A stretch of 64,000 nt of DNA from Deltaproteobacteria bacterium (GTDB taxonomy: Bacteria; Desulfobacterota; DSM-4660; Desulfatiglandales; HGW-15): positions 10,256-74,255 of the forward strand of contig JAFGGA010000047.1 in assembly GCA_016930835.1 (NCBI GenBank), written 5' to 3'. Each line of letters opens with the position of its first letter. The first letter of the stretch is position 1. The position numbers were made by a program, and so were the translations under genes. The notes under the pieces were generated by a model, which did not search any database, was not told where the DNA came from, and worked only from the letters and a program-made list of their open reading frames with translations. Positions 57,738 to 64,000 of the stretch are shown here, piece after piece.

Positions 57738-60290
57738 GTGCTATCTCTCATACACCGGATTATTATCCGGTTTTATCAATCCATACTGGTTATCACCGCT
57801 TTATTAACACTTGTCGCCGTTGTGCTTATCACCCAATTGCGATTGGACCTGAACCTTTTTTCCCTCCTTCCGGCGGAAGATCCCGGCACAAGATCTTTTT
57901 TTGAGGTCACGGAAAAGATCGGGGTTCAATCCCTCCTGATTTCGCTTGTTCAAGTCCCTCAGGATATGGAGCAGGAGAAAGCCCAGGCGTTCGTAGACAT
58001 CTTCGCGAAAAACCTCACCCAAAGTCCCTTGATCAGGGAAGTCGAATACAAGATCGATCCCGAAAAGCAGATCGCTTTAACACTCTCCCTTCTACGATAT
58101 CTTCCTTTGTTTCTGGATAGCCAAGGGATGCAAAGGTTGGGTGACCGATTATCTGATGAGCAGATCATAAACCAAGTCCAAGAAAACAAACGCCTTCTCA
58201 TGACGCCATTCGGCATCGCCGCAAAACAGCTTGTTTTTTCAGACCCTCTGGGTGTTCGAGAACTGTTCACGCCGGATCTGTCCGGCTCTCCCGAAAGGCA
58301 GACCATACGGTCTTTTCAGGGGTATTATCGCACAAAAGACCAAAGGACTTATCTTCTGTTTGTGAAGCCCGTTAACCCGCCCCAAGATCTCGTATTCAGC
58401 CGGAACTTGATGGATGAAGTCTCCCGTATCGAAAAGCAGACCCTGACGAAGGCATCCAATGATCTTGATCAACGAATTGGAGCCATAACCTTATCCTATA
58501 CCGGTGGATACCCCATTGTGTTAAAAGACGAGGCCATTACCAAGAAGGATATCCAGATCACCCTGGTTACATCCTTCTTCGGGGTCATGATCCTTTTCGG
58601 TCTTTCCTTTCGCACCTTCAAGATCCTCATTTATGCGGGTATCCCTTTGATCATCGGCTTACTGTGGACCCTGGGGTTCGCGCAGATCGTTTTCCATGAG
58701 TTGAACATCTTAACCTGCATATTCTCATGTGTCTTGATCGGGTTAGGAATCGATTTCGCCATCCATATGGTGAACCGGTTTTATCATCAAGACCTGGCGG
58801 ATCAAGAGGTGTCTTATCGACTTGAACGAACCTTTCAGGACACTGGAATGGGGATTATCATCGGTGCCATCACCACGGCCGCGGCATTTTATTCCATTGC
58901 CGTCTCTGATTTCAGGGGTTTTAGAGAGCTGGGTATCATGACCGGTACAGGTATCTTGATCTGCCTGGTGACCATGATCTTTATCCTGCCCTCGCTCCTT
59001 GTCTTTTTCTCAAAGAAAAAGGTCGCTCGGAATCATTTTGTCATGGCCGGATTTGGGTTGAGATCCGTTCTGGGAGCCTTATGGCGAGTACCTAAGGTGA
59101 TCCTTATATTGATCACGATCATCTTTATCGGATTGACCTTTTCAGGTCGCAACATCCGCTTTGACGAGAACCTGAGAAATTTCAGACCCGTGGATGAAAA
59201 GATATTTGATCAACAGGACACTGTCACGGACTGGCTCGGCGGTTCCACGGAAGAAATCCTCTTGGTCGCCCATGGCGTATCCGAGACCGAGACCCTGGAA
59301 ACCACTTACAGGATCTATACGGCATTGGACGAACTCAAAAGATCGGCCGACCTGATTGTAGGAATCAAGTCCGTCAGCCGATTCATCCCGTCCCCAAGCC
59401 AGCAGGAAAAGAGCCTGACTTTTATTCGGAGCCATCCGGATCTTTTTGACATGGAACGGATAACACGGTCTTTTCATGAGGCCATGGAGAAAAACGGCTT
59501 TGAGCCATCCGACCGATACGATGATTACTTTAAAGGACTGGCCCAGGCCCTTTCAACCAAAGATATCCTTCTGCCTTCCTCCATTCCAGAAAATGAACTC
59601 ACTCGATTCATCAAGATGTTTTTTTATGAACAGGTAGGCATGTACAAGACCGTAACCTATATCTCGCCGGCAAAGGATCTCTGGCTGCGAAAGGACATCC
59701 GTGCATTGAAAAATTTGATCTCGGATAAGATGGCTGAAAAAGGGATCAGGCAGGACCAGTATCACCTCACGGGAGCGAATTTTCTGACGGGGGAGTTGAA
59801 GGCATTGATCATCACCAATATGAAGTCATCCATGACACTGGCCGTCTTGAGCATCGTCGTGATCCTTTTCATTTTTTATCGAAGTGCCGGCTTTTTCATC
59901 CTATCCATCACACCTTTGATCATCGGGATTGGTTCCCTTTTAGGTATTATGGCCCTTTTTCACCTGGACTTTAATTTTATCAACCTTATTGTTCTGCCCA
60001 TGATTGTGGGGATAGGCATTGACGACGGGGTTCACCTCACCAATACATTTCAACGCTCCACCAAAGAAGATCTTATGGATAACCTGAGCCGGACCGGTCG
60101 TGCCATTGTCTTAACCTCCCTTACGACCCTGGTGGGATTCGGTTCCATTATCCTGTCACACTATCCAGGATTGAAGAGCATCGGTTACGTGGCAGTCATC
60201 GGTATCAGCGCCTGCATGTTTGCATCCATTTTGGTGCTTCCGCCGCTTTTTCAGATCATGAGGCCAAGGACAAGTAATCCTAATCCTTAA
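57738..60290 (+). CDS. MMPL/RND-family lipid exporter
   Basis: Two halves each with a periplasmic loop and TM bundle; GLGIDFAIH and GIGIDDGVH, GFRELG, TTLVGFGS. Confidence 0.92.
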   Translation: MLSLIHRIIIRFYQSILVITALLTLVAVVLITQLRLDLNLFSLLPAEDPGTRSFFEVTEKIGVQSLLISLVQVPQDMEQEKAQAFVDIFAKNLTQSPLIREVEYKIDPEKQIALTLSLLRYLPLFLDSQGMQRLGDRLSDEQIINQVQENKRLLMTPFGIAAKQLVFSDPLGVRELFTPDLSGSPERQTIRSFQGYYRTKDQRTYLLFVKPVNPPQDLVFSRNLMDEVSRIEKQTLTKASNDLDQRIGAITLSYTGGYPIVLKDEAITKKDIQITLVTSFFGVMILFGLSFRTFKILIYAGIPLIIGLLWTLGFAQIVFHELNILTCIFSCVLIGLGIDFAIHMVNRFYHQDLADQEVSYRLERTFQDTGMGIIIGAITTAAAFYSIAVSDFRGFRELGIMTGTGILICLVTMIFILPSLLVFFSKKKVARNHFVMAGFGLRSVLGALWRVPKVILILITIIFIGLTFSGRNIRFDENLRNFRPVDEKIFDQQDTVTDWLGGSTEEILLVAHGVSETETLETTYRIYTALDELKRSADLIVGIKSVSRFIPSPSQQEKSLTFIRSHPDLFDMERITRSFHEAMEKNGFEPSDRYDDYFKGLAQALSTKDILLPSSIPENELTRFIKMFFYEQVGMYKTVTYISPAKDLWLRKDIRALKNLISDKMAEKGIRQDQYHLTGANFLTGELKALIITNMKSSMTLAVLSIVVILFIFYRSAGFFILSITPLIIGIGSLLGIMALFHLDFNFINLIVLPMIVGIGIDDGVHLTNTFQRSTKEDLMDNLSRTGRAIVLTSLTTLVGFGSIILSHYPGLKSIGYVAVIGISACMFASILVLPPLFQIMRPRTSNPNP

Positions 60291-61122
60291 AACCGTATGT
60301 TGACTTGCTCACACCGGGCAATATGATATTCCCTCCCGATAAAGAGAATAAAGTTTCTCCAAGCCGACCGAAAAAGATGGAGGCCCATCGTCCCAGTCTG
60401 TCATGGGGCAGGGTATGACCGCCGATACGGGTTTGAGGATCGGCAAATCCGCAATGCGCCAGTAGTTTCTTGATGGTGGAAGGATTAAAATCAAAAAGGT
60501 GATAGGGGGTATGGTAAAGGTCCAGGTACCGGCTGAACGGTCCGATAAATCGAATGATGGGCGTGGAGTGCGGCCATCTAAGGAAGATGAGGCCGCCTGG
60601 CTTGAGGATGCGGTGAACCTCCTTCATTAGCCCAATGGGGTCTGATACATGTTCGATGACATAAAAGAGGGTGATCACATCAAATCGGTTTTCCGGTAAC
60701 CCAAGTTCTTCAAGGGGTCGCGAGTGGATCTCCATCCCCCATTTTTGTACGGCATATGCTCTGCCAATGGGGGATATCTCGATCCCCTCCACCTGCCATC
60801 CCCGGCGCATCATTTCTCTCAAAAAAAAGCCATACCCGCAACCCACGTCCAGAATACGGCCCGATCGGGTCCGTGCCTGGGACTCGATCATGCCCGCGGA
60901 GGTTTGGATGACCGGTTTCATCATCGCGCTCCACTGATCAATCTGATCGGGTCGAACCGGAAGGTAATGGTCATAACTCTTTATCAGTTCTCGGGGGGTG
61001 GGTTTGGGATAAAGGGTGACGAGACCACAGCCCCGGCAGCGGAGATACCGCCATGGGCCTCTTTGATGAATGAGGCGCCAGCGGGATGTATTACAGATAA
61101 TGCAAGGATCAATATTGTGCAT
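60280..61122 (-). CDS. Class I SAM-dependent methyltransferase with N-terminal Zn ribbon
   Basis: CIIC..RCRGC, ILDVGCGYG, FDVITLFYVIEH, LKPGG. Confidence 0.9.
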   Translation of the reverse strand: MHNIDPCIICNTSRWRLIHQRGPWRYLRCRGCGLVTLYPKPTPRELIKSYDHYLPVRPDQIDQWSAMMKPVIQTSAGMIESQARTRSGRILDVGCGYGFFLREMMRRGWQVEGIEISPIGRAYAVQKWGMEIHSRPLEELGLPENRFDVITLFYVIEHVSDPIGLMKEVHRILKPGGLIFLRWPHSTPIIRFIGPFSRYLDLYHTPYHLFDFNPSTIKKLLAHCGFADPQTRIGGHTLPHDRLGRWASIFFGRLGETLFSLSGGNIILPGVSKSTYGFKD

Positions 61123-61201
61123 GACGTAATGTGTTTAGGCTCTTTCGATCGGTTTGAAGTTGTTTGTCCCGTCTTGATAATCATTGATTAGACCATGCAA
61201 A

Positions 61202-61233
61202 AAGGCGCACGGCAAATGGCTCAGGGCGCAAGG
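61202..61233 (+). repeat. Heptamer tandem array
   Basis: aaggcgc-acggcaa-atggctc-agggcgc-aagg. Confidence 0.6.
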
Positions 61234-61277
61234 AGTATAAGAATCAACTACCAGCTTACCAATTTATGCTTTTCACC

Positions 61278-61841
61278 TCATTGTAAAGGCTTTTCCGCTT
61301 CTTCTTTCAGGTTATCCAGCACGGACTCCACGATCTCATCGTGTTTACGCCGGGCCTTCAGCAGCCAGGCAATCTTACGAAGGCTTTTGGGTTGGACCAC
61401 GATGGTATGGGTCACGCGGACGGCGTCCCCTTCTTCTTCAAACTCCCAGAGTTCGGTCCCTCCCGCAAAGAAACCGTCCAGGAAACGAAGCCTGATCTTT
61501 TGGGAATGGATTATTTCCTCCACCTGGGTGTTCCATTCCAGTTTAAATATATGGTTGATCTTTGTATGGACCTGGGTCCCCACCTGATAGGGTGGAGGTG
61601 TCTTGTGGGTAAAGATGGTGTGGTCCGGGCATAGGGTTTGAAAGGTCTTCTCCTGTGTAATGAACTCGAAGATTTGGTCCCTCTCAGCCCGAATGAGTCG
61701 TGTATGCTGATTGATTTCGCCCTCATATCCGGCATAATCCGGGGCCTTGACATGATATTTGGATGCGCACCCTTGCGTTATCCCCATGATCAATAAAAAT
61801 ATGAATATAGAATATCGTTTAATGAAAGGCCTCAAGAACAT
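61278..61841 (-). CDS. Lipoprotein with SRPBCC/START-like ligand-binding domain
   Basis: Lipobox TQGC; RDQIFEFI, YQVGTQV, GGTELWEFEEEGDAVRVTHTI. Confidence 0.75.
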   Translation of the reverse strand: MFLRPFIKRYSIFIFLLIMGITQGCASKYHVKAPDYAGYEGEINQHTRLIRAERDQIFEFITQEKTFQTLCPDHTIFTHKTPPPYQVGTQVHTKINHIFKLEWNTQVEEIIHSQKIRLRFLDGFFAGGTELWEFEEEGDAVRVTHTIVVQPKSLRKIAWLLKARRKHDEIVESVLDNLKEEAEKPLQ

Positions 61842-61979
61842 TCTATTTTTCCTCCAAATCTAGCTTGTTTCGGTGATCGGGTTATCATAGGATTCAGATA
61901 TATAGCATGAACGGTAATCAGGTGGCTCGACTATACACATCAAGACCAAACCATACAGTCTTTTTTCGGCGATGAAGGT

Positions 61980-62008
61980 TTGACATTTTTTCCCCCGGGT
62001 ACTAGATT
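61980..62008 (+). promoter_or_regulatory. sigma-70 promoter of the acyltransferase operon
   Basis: TTGACA-N17-TAGATT. Confidence 0.6.
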
Positions 62009-62067
62009 ACATATCCAATTTCGCGCTACCTTAAAATCGAATTTCCCATAAGTAAAGGGTTTTTCCT

Positions 62068-62817
62068 GTGAAGATCGTTTTTTATTGGGTCTTGTACCCA
62101 CTCATACGACCGGCCTATCTCCTTTTTTTGATTGTGAATACAGCCATCTTAGCCTTTATTATTGTTCTCATTTCACCTTTTGATCGGAAAGGGAACTTTA
62201 TTCACTACATCGGCAAGTTCTGGTCCTTATTGAATGTCTATATCTCCGGCACCCGCATGTATATGAGGGGAAGAGAGCGAATAGAAAAGGGGCGGAACTA
62301 TATCATCATGTCCAACCATCAGAGCCTTTTTGATGTATGGGCCCTTATCGGTCGGATACCGCTTCAACTCCGGTGGATCGTAAAGGCGAGTATCAGGAAA
62401 ATGCCCCTGTTTGGCCTTGCATTGGAACGTATGGGCCACATCTATGTGGACCCAAGGAGACTTAAGGATACATCCAGCGGGCTTAACACGGCCGTTCAAA
62501 AGATCCATAGAGGCTTTTCCGTTGTGATATTCCCTGAGGGGACACGGAGTATGGACGGAAGGCTCCAAAAATTTCACCGGGGAGGGGCCGCCATGGCCAT
62601 CCAATCAGGCGTGGCCATCCTCCCTGTGACCGTTAACGGCAGCCGCTTTGTACTCCCTAAGGGGACCTTGGGTTTGATGCCGGGTAAGATTGAGATCGTT
62701 ATCGGTGAGCCGATTGATCCGTCCCGGTTTACGGAAGACAAAAAAGACGACCTCATGCTAGAGGTCAAGGAAGCCATAGAGAAAAATCTTGATCTGGAGT
62801 TTGGAAGATTAACATAA
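62068..62817 (+). CDS. plsC: 1-acyl-sn-glycerol-3-phosphate acyltransferase (PlsC family)
   Basis: SNHQSLFD (HX4D), IFPEGTRS, AILPV. Confidence 0.9.
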   Translation: MKIVFYWVLYPLIRPAYLLFLIVNTAILAFIIVLISPFDRKGNFIHYIGKFWSLLNVYISGTRMYMRGRERIEKGRNYIIMSNHQSLFDVWALIGRIPLQLRWIVKASIRKMPLFGLALERMGHIYVDPRRLKDTSSGLNTAVQKIHRGFSVVIFPEGTRSMDGRLQKFHRGGAAMAIQSGVAILPVTVNGSRFVLPKGTLGLMPGKIEIVIGEPIDPSRFTEDKKDDLMLEVKEAIEKNLDLEFGRLT

Positions 62818-62821
62818 GCAA

Positions 62822-62940
62822 AAGGTTTACGGTTCATGGCATGCGGTACACAGTTAAAAATGATTCAATCGATTTATAAGGAGGATAGGCCCTTGAGCCT
62901 TAAATAATGACCTTGAACCCTGAACCTTAAACCTTGAACC
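62822..62940. repeat. Opposed heptamer tandem arrays between the two acyltransferases
   Basis: aaggttt-acggttc-atggcat-gcggtac, spacer, then ccttgag..ccttgaa-ccctgaa-ccttaaa-ccttgaa. Confidence 0.72.
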
Positions 62941-62951
62941 CTGTTTTTATC

Positions 62952-63839
62952 ATGCGCCGACATACACTGGACACACCAGTCTCATACTATACCATATTTT
63001 TGTTCACCCGATACATCCCTATTGGCCTATGCCATTTTTTGGGTAAGATCACGGCCCTTATCGTATATGCCTTCTCCCGTCGAGACCGCGCCGGCCTGGG
63101 GTATAATCTCTCTTTGGCCCTACAACGGCCCCCGGACGACCCATTCATCAGAAGAACGATTCGACGTATATTCATCAACTACGGCCGATACCTGGTGGAT
63201 TTTTTTTATCTTCCCCAGCTTTCCAGGGTAAAGGCCCGGCGCTTTTTTTCCCATCTTCAGAACAAAGAGATCCTTGACCAGGCCATATCGGAGGGAAAAG
63301 GGGTGATTATCCTTTCAGCCCACGTGGGCAACTGGGAGGTGAGTGGAAACATGGCCGAACACCCGATGGCCGTGGTGGCTATGGCCCATAATACCGATAA
63401 GACCGAAGGCCTCGTCAACCGACTTCGGAACAATCAAGGGGTTAGGCAATTTGTTATTGAAGATTCCCTGTTTTCAGGCATCGAGATCCTACATTATCTG
63501 CGGAATAACGGGATTGTGGCCATGATCGGGGATAAAGATTTTTGGGGCACGGGGAAGGTGATATCATTCTTTGGGAAAAAGGTGGTCTTCCCCGTGGGGC
63601 CGGTCGTATTGGCCATGACAACGGGTGCGGCCCTTCTACCGGCCTTTGTCCTGATGCAGCCTGATGGTCGATACTTCGGCATAGTGGAAAAGCCCATTGT
63701 TGTTCATCGAGAAGGTGACCGGGATCAGGCCATTGAAAAGAATCTAATGGAGATAACAGCCGTGTTTGAACGATACATCCGGCAGTATCCGGATCAGTGG
63801 TATTGTCCGGATCCCATTGCCCTGGAGACGGACTCATGA
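62952..63839 (+). CDS. LpxL/PatA-family (lipid A lauroyl-type) acyltransferase
   Basis: SAHVGNWE, AMIGDKD, FFGK..FPVGP..TGAALLP, YPDQWY; the track's TTG 62934 lies inside the repeat. Confidence 0.88.
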   Translation: MRRHTLDTPVSYYTIFLFTRYIPIGLCHFLGKITALIVYAFSRRDRAGLGYNLSLALQRPPDDPFIRRTIRRIFINYGRYLVDFFYLPQLSRVKARRFFSHLQNKEILDQAISEGKGVIILSAHVGNWEVSGNMAEHPMAVVAMAHNTDKTEGLVNRLRNNQGVRQFVIEDSLFSGIEILHYLRNNGIVAMIGDKDFWGTGKVISFFGKKVVFPVGPVVLAMTTGAALLPAFVLMQPDGRYFGIVEKPIVVHREGDRDQAIEKNLMEITAVFERYIRQYPDQWYCPDPIALETDS

Positions 63840-64000
63840 GACTATCACTCATTATTCCGAAATGGCCGATCGGAAGCCTATGGGGGCAGATTTTTTTCCG
63901 GTTTCCCTACCTCTCCGTGACCACATTGGCCGGTTTAACGAATGATGCTTGGGATGTCTCAATCATCGATGAGAATGTGGCGCCCCTGGATTTTTCTTCA
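63836..64000 (+). CDS. Cobalamin-binding radical SAM enzyme, N-terminal 55 aa only (runs off the right edge)
   Basis: MRLSLIIPKW..FPYLSVTTLAGLT..WDVSIIDENVAPLDFS is a typical B12-rSAM N-terminus; ATGA overlap with the acyltransferase. Confidence 0.7.
   Translation, partial: MRLSLIIPKWPIGSLWGQIFFRFPYLSVTTLAGLTNDAWDVSIIDENVAPLDFSS

Noticed and set aside
10725-63852. Numerous 60-200 aa ORFs overlapping the called genes
   Set aside because: Alternative-frame or antisense shadows with no motifs or RBS.

Overview
Bacterial chromosomal window. Gene content and order point to an anaerobic Desulfobacterota/deltaproteobacterium (inference). Three blocks. (1) 1-10 kb, mixed housekeeping/accessory genes: a partial PAS sigma-54 activator, an RHH-antitoxin/MazF pair with promoter and operator, a FeS-DUF3786 protein, an AmmeMemoRadiSam radical SAM, an atypical TrpF-like fusion, two hypotheticals, a CheY-like regulator, purM and a rhomboid-DnaJ_C fusion. 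(2) 9.6-46.2 kb, an intact sigma-54-controlled flagellar cluster: large TPR protein, pseudo-receiver activator, flgBC-fliEFGHIJ-motE-like-fliK-flgDE, motA with no motB, fliLMNOPQR-flhBAFG-fliA, a second FliK-like gene, two tandem diguanylate cyclases carrying orphan DHp helices, and an FlhB-like gene. Six sigma-54 promoters and four FleQ-box-like GTC-N8-GAC palindromes are readable. (3) 46.9 kb to the right edge, an aryl-polyene/ladderane-like type II fatty acid/polyketide lipid cluster: KS + chain-length factor, ACP, FabG, thioesterase, GT2, ATP-grasp, deacetylase, MMPL, two acyltransferases, a methyltransferase and three radical SAM enzymes (two cobalamin-binding). This is the best candidate for an undescribed biosynthetic system. 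Intergenic DNA also holds a nested MITE/REP family and opposed heptamer tandem arrays. No rRNA, tRNA, CRISPR array or transposase gene was seen. All calls are by-eye motif recognition; no database searches were run.
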